Under the pieces are notes generated by a model. That model had not been told where the DNA came from. It worked only from the letters and a program-made list of their open reading frames with translations, and ran no database searches. The translations under genes were made by a program, and so were the position numbers. From positions 1 to 60,992 of the forward strand of contig JBBISL010000010.1 in NCBI GenBank assembly GCA_037441285.1: a stretch of 60,992 nt of DNA, read 5' to 3'. Origin of the DNA: a candidate division WOR-3 bacterium (lineage in GTDB: Bacteria > Hydrothermota > Tepidihabitantia > Tepidihabitantales > Tepidihabitantaceae). Below are positions 1 through 9,383 of this stretch, piece after piece (positions within the stretch are counted from its first letter, which is position 1; each line of letters begins with the position of its first letter).

Positions 1-757
1 AAAACAACTTTTCTGCCCTGCCCCGACTTCTCATTGAACGGACCCTCGGGTCGTCATAGTTCAGCACCGTCCAATCATCCTCCTGCTGCCGTTCAAAAAT
101 CCGCGCCTTGGCTTCGACATAACAACGCAGCGTCTGATGTCGGTCAAGATGGTCCGGACTGACATTGAGTACTACCGCGACTTTCGGTGCCAGATACCTT
201 GCCCGCTCTAACTGAAAACTCGACACTTCAACGCAGTAAAATTCCTTCGGTGCCATAATCAGGGCGGTTGAAAGCGGTTTACCCGGTGCGATATTGCCAC
301 CCAGAAACACCTGCCTTTTGTCCGACTTGAGCATCGCGGCAATCAACGCCGTGGTTGTTGACTTACCATTGGTTCCGGTAACCGCAATCACCACCCCGGG
401 TAAGAAGCGACTTGCGAAATCCAGTTCATCAACAATCGGCACATTAAGTCTGTGAAAAAATTGTACCAACGGGTGTTTTTCCGGTATTCCCGGGCTAATA
501 ACAACCAAATCGACGGTCTGGCGCCGCCACTTTTTCATGCCTGTTTCAATCAATCTTTCTATCGCTGGCTCCATCCAGACCTGTTCATTGTCATCATTAC
601 CATAAACAACCGCGCCCGATTTTATAAGAAATCTACTCACCGCTTTACCTGCCTGACCCAAACCAAGAACCAGAATGCGTCTGCCTTTCAAGATACGCGC
701 AGTAAAATTTCCGGTTCGGGAAACGTCCGTTTTCAGTCCGTCAGTATCAAACATCAT
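1..757 (-). CDS. murD: UDP-N-acetylmuramoyl-L-alanine:D-glutamate ligase MurD (3' end runs off the window)
   Basis: Not in the ORF track. Manual translation from ATG 757 gives ...RILVLGLGQAG..., VVISPGIP, IAVTGTNGKSTT, GGNI, EVSSFQLE and LNVSPDHLDRH, directly downstream of mraY. Confidence 0.95.
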   Translation of the reverse strand, partial: MMFDTDGLKTDVSRTGNFTARILKGRRILVLGLGQAGKAVSRFLIKSGAVVYGNDDNEQVWMEPAIERLIETGMKKWRRQTVDLVVISPGIPEKHPLVQFFHRLNVPIVDELDFASRFLPGVVIAVTGTNGKSTTTALIAAMLKSDKRQVFLGGNIAPGKPLSTALIMAPKEFYCVEVSSFQLERARYLAPKVAVVLNVSPDHLDRHQTLRCYVEAKARIFERQQEDDWTVLNYDDPRVRSMRSRGRAEKLF

Positions 758-758
758 T

Positions 759-1847
759 TCACCGTACCTTTAAACTTGCCACCGCCACCATACCAAAAAG
801 CACCGCCAGAATCATAAACCGGGTTACAATTTTGGGTTCGGGCCAACCCTCAAGCTCATAGTGATGGTGCAACGGTGTCATCTTGAAAACCCGCTTGCCG
901 CCGGTCGTGCGGAAGACAATAATCTGCAAAAGTGTTGTCGCCGCCTCAAGCACAAAGACCCCTCCCACCAGCGGCAACAAAAGCTCTTGCTTGGACAAAA
1001 CCGCTGCCAGCGCCAGTGCACCACCAAGCGGCAATGAACCGGTATCACCCATAAAGATGTCTGCCGGGTGGCAGTTGAACCAGAGAAAACCAAGACAGGC
1101 GCCAGTAAGGGCGAAACAGAACACCGTCATTTCCCCGCTTACCGGTACATACTGAATGTTTAGATACTGGGCAATTTTACTGTGCCCGGAAACATAACAC
1201 AACACCGTGTAAGCAGCAAATGCCACTGACAGTAACCCTGCGGCAAGACCATCAAGTCCGTCACTTAAATTAACAGCATTAGATGTTGCCACGATGATGA
1301 ACATAACCAGGGGGATATAGAACACCCCAAAATCAACCACAACATTTTTCAGAAAGAGAAAATTGGTTTTAGTCTTTGTCGCCGGGTCCAACGGAGCGAA
1401 GTACAGGACCGCACCAACGCCGAGGGCAACAAGAAACTGAAAAAGCAGCTTCGTTCTTTTATTTATACCCCGCGCCTTACCACCCCGAACTTTCACATAA
1501 TCATCCCATAACCCCAAGAGTCCCAGCGCGATCAGTACGCCCAGTCCGAGCTGAATACCGCGGTTTGTCAAGTCGCCAAACAACACCACACCGATTATTG
1601 CGGAAAACAGCATCAGAACACCACCCATCGTCGGCGTTCCGGCCTTTGCTTTATGCCGTTCCGGCACCTCTTCCCGGATGTTCTGGCCTATCTGCAACCG
1701 CTTCACCAGATTAATCAATGGCTTGCCCATCGCCAGCGTAAGTATGATCGCCAGGGCACCGGCAATCGCCGCCCGAAAAGTGATGTAACGAAATAAATTT
1801 AATGGGCTAAAGTAAGGTTGGAGCGATGTCAACCAGTGGTAAAGCAT
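759..1847 (-). CDS. mraY: phospho-N-acetylmuramoyl-pentapeptide transferase
   Basis: KAGTPTMGG, WDDY, NAVNLSDGLDGL, FMGDTGS and PLHHHYEL motifs. Confidence 0.98.
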   Translation of the reverse strand: MLYHWLTSLQPYFSPLNLFRYITFRAAIAGALAIILTLAMGKPLINLVKRLQIGQNIREEVPERHKAKAGTPTMGGVLMLFSAIIGVVLFGDLTNRGIQLGLGVLIALGLLGLWDDYVKVRGGKARGINKRTKLLFQFLVALGVGAVLYFAPLDPATKTKTNFLFLKNVVVDFGVFYIPLVMFIIVATSNAVNLSDGLDGLAAGLLSVAFAAYTVLCYVSGHSKIAQYLNIQYVPVSGEMTVFCFALTGACLGFLWFNCHPADIFMGDTGSLPLGGALALAAVLSKQELLLPLVGGVFVLEAATTLLQIIVFRTTGGKRVFKMTPLHHHYELEGWPEPKIVTRFMILAVLFGMVAVASLKVR

Positions 1848-3328
1848 TATTCCATCTCCTTCAACACCTTGTGTACCGCTTCCCGGTCATCAAAATGGCT
1901 CTTCTCTCCGCCGACAATCTGATAGTCCTCATGTCCCTTCCCGGCAATAATTACCGTATCACCACTCTGTGCCCGCTGCAATGCCTGACGAATCGCCTCC
2001 TGCCGGTCAACTTCAACAATCACATTAGAACCAGGAGTTCCTATCCCCTGTAAAATTTCGGCGATTATCTGTTTTGGGTCTTCACTCCTCGGGTTATCAG
2101 ACGTGACGACGACGATATCGGCTCGCTGCACCGCAACCTTTCCCATCAAAGGTCTTTTCCCCCGGTCCCGGTCGCCACCACATCCGAACACCACTATAAT
2201 CTTTCCCTTTGTCCATTCGCGCGCCGTTTCCAGTACCCGTTGCAGAGCATCCGGGGTATGGGCATAGTCCACAAAAACCGAAAAACCCAATCTATTGGGT
2301 ACCGCTTCCAATCTACCCGGGACCTGGTCCAGTTTGCTTACACCCTCGACAACCACTTCTGGTTCCCATCCCATCGCCTTCGCTACCCCAAAAGTCGCCA
2401 ATAGATTCAGGAGATTGTGCCGTCCCGGAATCTGGATTTCCACCGGTATTGTTTTGCCATCAATTTGGACTTCACACCGACTTCCTGCGGGACGCAACGC
2501 CGTAATTACTCCTGATATGTCCGGATGGGGCTCTACATCAGGTGTCGTACCGTAGGAGACAACTTTTGCCCGAGTTAAGTGCGGTATTTCTCTGCCAACA
2601 CGGTCATCAAAGTTTACCACCGCAACCGCATTTGGGGCGAGCCCCTCAAACAATTTCATCTTTGCCTTCTTGTAATTCTCCATCGTCCGGTGAAAATCAA
2701 GATGGTCCTGGGTAAAATTCGTAAAAACGCCTATCCGGAAATCAAGGTCAAAAACCCGGTCCAGCTCCAGTGAATGCGAAGAAACCTCGGCAATGCACAC
2801 CGGAACGCCGTTTTCAACCATCCGGCTAAGCATCCGAACGAAATCCAGACTCTCTGGGGTTGTTTGACTCGCCGGCTTTCTCTCCTGACCATCGAAGTGC
2901 TCAATCGTTCCGATAAAACCCGGTTCAAAACCTAACTGCTGGCAGACCGCAGGTATCATAAAACAGGTTGTAGTTTTCCCATTGGTTCCGGTTACTCCAA
3001 TCAGACTTAACTTCCGAGCCGGAAAATCGTAAAACCGATTGGCAACCTGGGCAAGAAACCGGCGGGGGGACTTAGTGCCGATTGCTGTCACCCACCCCTT
3101 CTTCACATCCCGGACATCAACCGTCGCCACCGCCACCGCTCCCCGATGTATCGCATCATCGATAAACTCCCGACCCGAAACCTTAAAACCTTCAATCGCC
3201 ACAAACAAAAAACCCGGCTTGACATCTGCCGAATGATAGGCGATTCCTTTAATCTCCACTTCGGAATTACCCTTAATCTCGCAGGGTACTCCCCGTACCA
3301 CCTCGGCAAGCTTCTTTACTCGACTCAT
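1847..3328 (-). CDS. murE: UDP-MurNAc-tripeptide ligase MurE (meso-DAP type)
   Basis: GVTGTNGKTT, TTPES, EVSSH, DYAHTPD, DNPR (DAP-specificity motif) and AGKGHE. Confidence 0.97.
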   Translation of the reverse strand: MSRVKKLAEVVRGVPCEIKGNSEVEIKGIAYHSADVKPGFLFVAIEGFKVSGREFIDDAIHRGAVAVATVDVRDVKKGWVTAIGTKSPRRFLAQVANRFYDFPARKLSLIGVTGTNGKTTTCFMIPAVCQQLGFEPGFIGTIEHFDGQERKPASQTTPESLDFVRMLSRMVENGVPVCIAEVSSHSLELDRVFDLDFRIGVFTNFTQDHLDFHRTMENYKKAKMKLFEGLAPNAVAVVNFDDRVGREIPHLTRAKVVSYGTTPDVEPHPDISGVITALRPAGSRCEVQIDGKTIPVEIQIPGRHNLLNLLATFGVAKAMGWEPEVVVEGVSKLDQVPGRLEAVPNRLGFSVFVDYAHTPDALQRVLETAREWTKGKIIVVFGCGGDRDRGKRPLMGKVAVQRADIVVVTSDNPRSEDPKQIIAEILQGIGTPGSNVIVEVDRQEAIRQALQRAQSGDTVIIAGKGHEDYQIVGGEKSHFDDREAVHKVLKEME

Positions 3329-5025
3329 CGCTTGGCGACCTTATCCATTTGTTCCAATACCAGCAGGCGCTCCCCGATTTCTTTAAAAACCGGGCAAGCC
3401 GCTGCCGCAGCAAATCGGACCGTTTTCGGTTCATCAATCATCACCGCAATCACATAGCGCGGATTGTCTTTGGGTAAAAATCCAACAAAACTCATCAAAG
3501 AACGGGTGCTTGAATACCCGCCCCAGGGTTCCACCTTCTGGGCAGTGCCCGTTTTGCCACAAACCGTCACACCAGGAATTGCCGCAAGTTTGCCCGTCCC
3601 GTTGATGACCACCCTTTCCAAGATGTCCTTCATCCTTTTTGCCGTGGACTTCTTCAACGCCTGACGGATTGCCTTACCTCCACCATTTTCCCTAACCGCA
3701 CCGCCGTTTGCCAACCCTTCAATCAAATAAGGCTTGAGATACAATCCGTCATTGGCAATGCAAAGATATGCGGCTGCCATCTGTAATAGTGTCGCCGTCA
3801 CCCCCTGACCGAAAGAAATTGTCGCCAACCGCAACCGATTCCGTAAAAGGCGTGGAGGGTCAAGATAACCGGCACCCTCATCCGGCAAGCCAATACCCAC
3901 CTTCTCCCCAAAACCGAGACCCCGCGCCACCGAATAAAACAACTCCGGGTCAATCTCAAACGACATCAATGCGCACGCCGGGTTCGAAGAGTTGATAAAG
4001 ACGCTGTCAAACGAAAGCACCCCATTCGGATGAACATCCTTAATCTTTTTCTTGCCAATCTCAATATAACCGCTTGACACATCATAAACCCGGTCCGTGA
4101 ACCGTTCCGGATGGGAATCCTCCAGCGCCGCAGCACATATCACAATCTTAAAACTCGACCCCGGCTCAAACTGGTCTGCTACTGCCGTACTCTTAAACAA
4201 ATTTTGGGGGAAATTTTTAAACTTATTGGGGTCGTATCCCGGGTAATCAACCATCGCCCGAATCGCTCCAGTTCGGGCATCAAGCACCACAACCGAACCC
4301 TGTTTTGCCCCGGTTTGTACTACCCCGTTCCCCAGCGCCCGGTAACAGATCTCCTGGACATCAACATCAATTGTCAGGTGAATATCCTTTCCCGGTTTGG
4401 GTTCCTTGCGGGGATAACTGGGCGACGGATAGGCAAACCCCTTCGCATCCTTCTGCATCATAATCCAGCCCGGCTCACCCTTTAAAACCCGGTCAAACTC
4501 CCATTCAATCCCGGCAAGCCCACCTTCGGCACCAACAAACCCCACCACATCGGCACACACCTCTTTATATTGATAAACCCGCTGATAGTCATTCTCAACC
4601 AAGACCGCGTTCCGAAATCTTCGCCTCACCAGAACCGAACGCAACGAGTCGCCCAGTGCGAAGTCAACCCGACGGCGAAACCAGAAAAGCCGTTTGTGTT
4701 CATTTAAAATACGACGATTTTCGGAATATGTTCCCAAGCCGAAGTCAGCGAAAATCTGTGCCAGGGTATCTTTATTCCGTACCCATTGGGGAAGAACCCT
4801 AATTGAACAGGTGGAACGGTTAAGCGTCAATAGCCTTCCCTTGCAGTCGTAGATTTTTCCCCGCTCGCCCAGTAACTCTACCCGGCTAAAATGAAGACGG
4901 TTTGCCTCCCCTTCATAAAAACGCCAGCGGACAATCTGCACGCCGATGAGCCGGTAAACCAGCCCGCCCCATACCAGCAGTATGATAACCTCAACAATTT
5001 TGCTGCGTTTTCCCGCTGATGCCAT
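3325..5025 (-). CDS. ftsI: class B penicillin-binding protein (FtsI/PBP3-like)
   Basis: N-terminal TM, RGKIYD, EPGSSFK (SxxK), SSN and KTGTAQ; dcw position. Confidence 0.9.
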   Translation of the reverse strand: MASAGKRSKIVEVIILLVWGGLVYRLIGVQIVRWRFYEGEANRLHFSRVELLGERGKIYDCKGRLLTLNRSTCSIRVLPQWVRNKDTLAQIFADFGLGTYSENRRILNEHKRLFWFRRRVDFALGDSLRSVLVRRRFRNAVLVENDYQRVYQYKEVCADVVGFVGAEGGLAGIEWEFDRVLKGEPGWIMMQKDAKGFAYPSPSYPRKEPKPGKDIHLTIDVDVQEICYRALGNGVVQTGAKQGSVVVLDARTGAIRAMVDYPGYDPNKFKNFPQNLFKSTAVADQFEPGSSFKIVICAAALEDSHPERFTDRVYDVSSGYIEIGKKKIKDVHPNGVLSFDSVFINSSNPACALMSFEIDPELFYSVARGLGFGEKVGIGLPDEGAGYLDPPRLLRNRLRLATISFGQGVTATLLQMAAAYLCIANDGLYLKPYLIEGLANGGAVRENGGGKAIRQALKKSTAKRMKDILERVVINGTGKLAAIPGVTVCGKTGTAQKVEPWGGYSSTRSLMSFVGFLPKDNPRYVIAVMIDEPKTVRFAAAAACPVFKEIGERLLVLEQMDKVAKR

Positions 5026-5357
5026 TACCTCTCACTATTTGCCCGCATCCCTGCCACGGCAACCGCTTCTCCCTTCACCACTCTCGTGGCAACACTGTCT
5101 GCAGTCTTGCTTTCAAATTTTGCTATCTGCTTTCCATTGCTCACCCGGAGCGACTCAAGCCGGCAGAAACTCTGCAATTTAAAAAGTTCTACATCAAGAC
5201 TGTCAACCTTCTCCTCTAACAGCCGGCGTTCCTCGGTCAACCGAACCTCAGCCCGTGTCAGCTGAACGCTCCACCAGTGTTGATACAGATACGCCACTGC
5301 AATCCCGGAAAGCACTACGACAACTACAATTGCCCTTAAACTACCTCTTGAACTCAT
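5025..5357 (-). CDS. ftsL: FtsL-like bitopic coiled-coil cell-division protein
   Basis: Single TM plus a leucine-rich coiled coil, located between rsmH and ftsI. Confidence 0.7.
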   Translation of the reverse strand: MSSRGSLRAIVVVVVLSGIAVAYLYQHWWSVQLTRAEVRLTEERRLLEEKVDSLDVELFKLQSFCRLESLRVSNGKQIAKFESKTADSVATRVVKGEAVAVAGMRANSER

Positions 5358-6373
5358 ACTATCACCTCCAGAACCCTTAAACGGGCACTGCGCGCCCGCG
5401 GATTACCCTTTACCTCTTCCCTGCTTGGTCTAATTGGTTTTGAACTTAAAAGCCGCACCCTTTGTGTTGGTTCACCATTCCCCACTTTTATCTGCCGGCT
5501 TTCTCCCCTTGCCTTCCAGCGCCGGTAAACCTCCTTAAAACACCGGTCCTCACCCGACTGATAACAAATCACCGCCAGCCTCCCGCCCGGAGAAAGAACC
5601 CTTACCGCCACCTCAAGTCCGGCTGCAACATTTTCCAGTTCCCGGTTTACCACTATCCGCAGCGCCTGAAACACTCGCGCCAGACTCTTCCGAACATTAA
5701 ATTTAGGCACGGCGCTCCGCACCACATCCGCAAGTTCCCGGCTTGTGCTTATCCGTTCCTTATGTTGATGAATCTTTCGGGCAATTCTACCGCTAAACCG
5801 CTCCTCTCCGTACTTGCGTAACCATCCGCGCAACTCCTGCTCCGAAGCCCGACGCAAAACCTCTAGTGCGGTTGGATTTGTCCCCTCCGGGTTAAAACGC
5901 ATATCAAGTAAACCATCCCTATCAAAAGAAAAACCCCGCTCTCCATTAAGTTGAAAAGATGACACCCCTAAATCCATCAACACCGCAGTAACTGGTTTAA
6001 CTTCAAGCCTTTCAACCACTTCGCCCATATTCACATAACTGGTCCGCACCAGAAAAATCATCGCATCCTTTGGTAATTGACTCGTCGTTTCCTGTCTGCC
6101 TTCTCCGCGCTGCCGTGTTTCATCAAAATCCACCACCTGACAACCGAAACCTTTCAACCTTTCAGCCGCAAACCTTATCGCCGCCGGGTCCAGGTCCAGA
6201 CCAACTATCCGAGCGCTTCCCCCTAACTCCTTTATCCGGCGCGCAATCGCTTCAGTATGGCCTCCCCCTCCTACCGTTCCATCAATAACCGTCCCGGCTT
6301 TGATGCACGGCTCGAGCAACTCTAACACCTCATTTACCAGAACCGGGGTGTGGAAAGCCTCCGCCGCTACCAA
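5354..6373 (-). CDS. rsmH: 16S rRNA m4C1402 methyltransferase (start uncertain; TTG 6373 chosen)
   Basis: HTPVL, DGTVGGGGH, DLGVSSFQL, LDMR, FQALRI and NPRARSARLR. Confidence 0.95.
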   Translation of the reverse strand: MVAAEAFHTPVLVNEVLELLEPCIKAGTVIDGTVGGGGHTEAIARRIKELGGSARIVGLDLDPAAIRFAAERLKGFGCQVVDFDETRQRGEGRQETTSQLPKDAMIFLVRTSYVNMGEVVERLEVKPVTAVLMDLGVSSFQLNGERGFSFDRDGLLDMRFNPEGTNPTALEVLRRASEQELRGWLRKYGEERFSGRIARKIHQHKERISTSRELADVVRSAVPKFNVRKSLARVFQALRIVVNRELENVAAGLEVAVRVLSPGGRLAVICYQSGEDRCFKEVYRRWKARGESRQIKVGNGEPTQRVRLLSSKPIRPSREEVKGNPRARSARLRVLEVIV

Positions 6374-6839
6374 ACTGTCGCATCCACTCCCAACCCTGCC
6401 GGGTTGCTTCATCTCTATCCTCCTGGTACCGCGCCATCCACTCATTAACAAACTTGCGGAATCGCTCGGGTTCCCATATCAAAAAAGACCTTCCCGCACC
6501 GGTAACAATCACATCCTGCTCAATACCTGCCCACTCCCTAAGATGCTTCGGTAAAAGGATTCTTCCCTGGACATCAAGCACCGCCTCACCGGACTGTGAG
6601 TACAACAAAATTCGGAACCGCTGCGCCGCTTCGGTGTATTCGGGCTGATGACGCAACACCCTTTCTTCATAATCGTTCCATTCGCTATAGGGATAAACTT
6701 CGATAGTTTGATAGCGCCCGGGCGCGAAAATAAAAGTGTCCTCTTCAGGCCCAAGCTTCTTACGAAACGCCACCGGCACCGCCAACCTGCCCTTGGCATC
6801 AATCGTATATTCAAAGGTCCCAAAAAATCTACCCCTCAT
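6330..6839 (-). CDS. mraZ: division/cell-wall cluster repressor MraZ
   Basis: Two AbrB-like repeats (IDAKGRLAVP, LDVQGRILLP); first gene of the dcw cluster. Confidence 0.93.
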   Translation of the reverse strand: MRGRFFGTFEYTIDAKGRLAVPVAFRKKLGPEEDTFIFAPGRYQTIEVYPYSEWNDYEERVLRHQPEYTEAAQRFRILLYSQSGEAVLDVQGRILLPKHLREWAGIEQDVIVTGAGRSFLIWEPERFRKFVNEWMARYQEDRDEATRQGWEWMRQFGSGGGFPHPGSGK

Positions 6840-6841
6840 AC

Positions 6842-6938
6842 CCACACCCGCACCACACCATTTTTTCCACACTTATCCACATATTTAAACACAAAGTCAT
6901 CTCAGTCATTACTATATCCCCACAACTGTTCCTGTCAA
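6842..6938 (-). promoter_or_regulatory. mraZ/dcw promoter (TTGACA-16-TATAGT) with GTGG direct repeats, probably MraZ-binding boxes
   Basis: -35 at 6938-6933 and -10 at 6916-6911; GTGG on the minus strand at 6923, 6880, 6870, 6856 and 6845, including GTGGAT-N4-GTGGAA. Confidence 0.7.
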
Positions 6939-7272
6939 GAAAAACCTTCTTATTTTTATATATATCATTACAATTTCTTAACTATCTGAATTATTGTGAC
7001 TTAACACATTATCCAACCTTAAAAATCAAAAAAGCCTAAAATCTCTGTTTAATTTTTATATCAAGGGGTTGAATTTTACCCCACACGGTACTATGTTGCT
7101 GTGCTTCGGCAAAATCAAACATTTTAACAAAGTCAGTTGTTTTCCATGCTGGTGAAATCAGTAGCACATTATCACAACAACAAAAAGAACGCCCGCAAAG
7201 TTAGATAGTTAAAGTGGAAATACATCGTGGTTTCAGTTCACCAATTCAACTAAATGGCGTTTTCAGGTTTGC

Positions 7273-7301
7273 TTGACACCTCGTTTTTTGTTTAATATCC
7301 T
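7273..7301 (+). promoter_or_regulatory. sigma70-like promoter TTGACA-17-TATCCT, 8 nt before ATG 7310
   Basis: Direct motif match; no Shine-Dalgarno before the ATG. Confidence 0.7.
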
Positions 7302-7309
7302 TTTTGTGT

Positions 7310-8431
7310 ATGGCCCATGCATATACACCTGGATTAAAGGTCACCAGTAGAACCCACATCAGAAAGATTCGCCGTTTACCATTGCCCGGCGAAATCCTTT
7401 TGGAAAAGGGACAGCGGGTCAAAGGTGACGACATCGTCGCCCGAACCGAGGTTCCGGGCAATGTTCAAACGGTAAATGTCGCCGGAATTCTGGGCGTTCC
7501 CCCGGAAGATATCCCCCATCTTATGCTCAAAAAAGCCGGTGACCCGGTTAAGAAAGACGAGGTTATTGCCCGTTCCAAAGGGTTGTTTGGACTGTTCAAA
7601 TCAGAAGTCCGTTCGCCTGTCACCGGTACGATTGAAAACATCTCGCCCGTAACCGGTCAGGTCATTGTCCGGGAACCGCCCCAGCCGGTACAGGTGGACG
7701 CTTATATTGAAGGGGTTGTTGCTGAACTTCTCCCAAAAGAAGGGGTCGTTGTTGCCAACGAGGTCAGCCTGATTCAGGGAATTTTCGGGGTCGGCGGCGA
7801 AACGCGCGGCGTGTTGAAACTTGTTGTCAAAACTCCGGATGAGGTCCTGACCGCCGATAAAATCAACGGTGACTGTCAGGGTAAAATCGTCATCGGCGGG
7901 TCGCTTGTCACCTATGAAGCAATTGAGCAGGCGTTGAAATTCGGAGCGCGCGGCATTGTCGGCGGTGGGGTCGAAGATTCCACCCTCCGGAAATTTCTCG
8001 GTTACGACATTGGCGTTGCCATCACCGGCTCAGAAAAACGCGGGCTGACCATCATCATCACCGAAGGTTTCGGGGAGATGCGCATGGCGAAGCGGACATT
8101 TGAACTCCTGCAGTCGCTCGAGAACAAAATGGCGTCGGCAAATGGTGCCACCCAGATTCGTGCCGGGGTTATTCGACCTGAGATTATCGTACCCTGCAGC
8201 GGTGCCACTGGTGAGGTAAAACCGAGCAGTTCGGAAGGCGGTCTGGCAATCGGTATGGCGGTACGCATCATCCGTCAACCCCACTTTGGCAAAATCGGCA
8301 AGGTTACCGCCCTACCGGTCGAACTGCAGACCATTGAAACCGAAGCCAAAGTCCGGGTCCTTGAGGTCGAACTGGAAACAGGCGAACGGGTTACCTTACC
8401 CCGGGCAAATGTCGAAATAATCGAGGAGTAA
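7310..8431 (+). CDS. conserved hypothetical protein with barrel-sandwich-hybrid-like repeats and a C-terminal KOW/SH3-like motif
   Basis: Long ORF with its own promoter; motifs GEILLEKGQRVKGDDIVAR, KKAGDPVKKDEVIAR, VRSPVTGTIE and GMAVRIIRQPHFGKIGKV. Confidence 0.8.
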   Translation: MAHAYTPGLKVTSRTHIRKIRRLPLPGEILLEKGQRVKGDDIVARTEVPGNVQTVNVAGILGVPPEDIPHLMLKKAGDPVKKDEVIARSKGLFGLFKSEVRSPVTGTIENISPVTGQVIVREPPQPVQVDAYIEGVVAELLPKEGVVVANEVSLIQGIFGVGGETRGVLKLVVKTPDEVLTADKINGDCQGKIVIGGSLVTYEAIEQALKFGARGIVGGGVEDSTLRKFLGYDIGVAITGSEKRGLTIIITEGFGEMRMAKRTFELLQSLENKMASANGATQIRAGVIRPEIIVPCSGATGEVKPSSSEGGLAIGMAVRIIRQPHFGKIGKVTALPVELQTIETEAKVRVLEVELETGERVTLPRANVEIIEE

Positions 8432-8437
8432 AAAACA

Positions 8438-9376
8438 ATGTCCGTCTTTAGAAAACCGCTACTACTCGGCAGCCTCCTTTTCGTTTTTGTCTCCACCTTC
8501 TGTTACGGAGCAGAACAACGGTCTGTGGGCAACGCCTGGTTAACCATTCCGGTAGGCATCCGGGAAGCGGCTCTTGCCGGCGCCGGCACCGCTATTTCCC
8601 TTGGACCACAGGGAATCTTTTACAACCCGGCCGCCAACGCTCAGAGTGCGGCCTTCACCGCTCAGGTTGAGTATACCAAATGGTTCCTTGACACTCACCA
8701 TCAGTCGCTTTTCCTTGCCCGCAACTTCAAACACTTTGTCCTTGGACTCGGTGTCGTCTCTTTCGCCAGCGGCAAATTTGAATACCGGGAAGAAGTCCCC
8801 ACCGAAGAGCCCTTGGGCACTTTTTCGCCCCTTGACCTTACCGGATACCTGAACATCGCCCGCAACTTTTCTTCCTGGGCAAATGCCGGCATATCGTGCC
8901 GCTACTTCTACTCTAAAATAATGAGCAACGAACTGTCCGGATTCGGTGTTGACATCGGCGCCCGATTCCACCCTCTGCAAAACCTGTCAACCGGAGTTGC
9001 CGTTGTTGACTTTGGCCGAACGATGTCCTACAAATATCAACTCATCTGGCTCCCGACCCGGGTACGGGGCGGTATCGCCTACAACCTGCCTTTGGGCAAA
9101 AACCGTCTCCTCCTCGTTACCGATGGCTCCTGGTTTTTCTATTCCAAAAAGGCAGAGGCTCAACTCGGTGCTGAATTCCGGCTGGGTAGAATCCTTTCTC
9201 TGCGTGCCGGTTACGACCTGTTAAATCCGGCAAACCATCTCAACTTCGGCCTGGGAGTTGCTGTCAACCGCTTCCGGTTTGACTATGCATTTTCGCCCCT
9301 TGAGTTTGGACTCGGTTCGGCACACCGTTTCGGCATCGCTTACGGCATATCCGCCCCTGAATCTGACCCCCAATAA
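8438..9376 (+). CDS. PorV/PorQ-family (UPF0164-like) outer-membrane beta-barrel
   Basis: Signal peptide, LTIPVGIREAALAGA, IFYNPAA, GFGVDIG, LRAGY, FDYAF and HRFGI. Confidence 0.85.
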   Translation: MSVFRKPLLLGSLLFVFVSTFCYGAEQRSVGNAWLTIPVGIREAALAGAGTAISLGPQGIFYNPAANAQSAAFTAQVEYTKWFLDTHHQSLFLARNFKHFVLGLGVVSFASGKFEYREEVPTEEPLGTFSPLDLTGYLNIARNFSSWANAGISCRYFYSKIMSNELSGFGVDIGARFHPLQNLSTGVAVVDFGRTMSYKYQLIWLPTRVRGGIAYNLPLGKNRLLLVTDGSWFFYSKKAEAQLGAEFRLGRILSLRAGYDLLNPANHLNFGLGVAVNRFRFDYAFSPLEFGLGSAHRFGIAYGISAPESDPQ

Positions 9377-9383
9377 TTAAACT

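Noticed and set aside
7068..7240. Possible promoter with GGCAAA...CGCAAAG text resembling a c-di-GMP-I riboswitch
   Set aside because: The required stems and spacing are absent, and the downstream gene has its own proximal promoter.
6863..7260. Perfect DnaA box TTATCCACA (6873-6881) plus a near match in an AT-rich divergent intergenic region, suggesting oriC
   Set aside because: The boxes coincide with the GTGG repeats expected for MraZ binding, strand composition does not visibly flip here, and dnaA/dnaN are not nearby.
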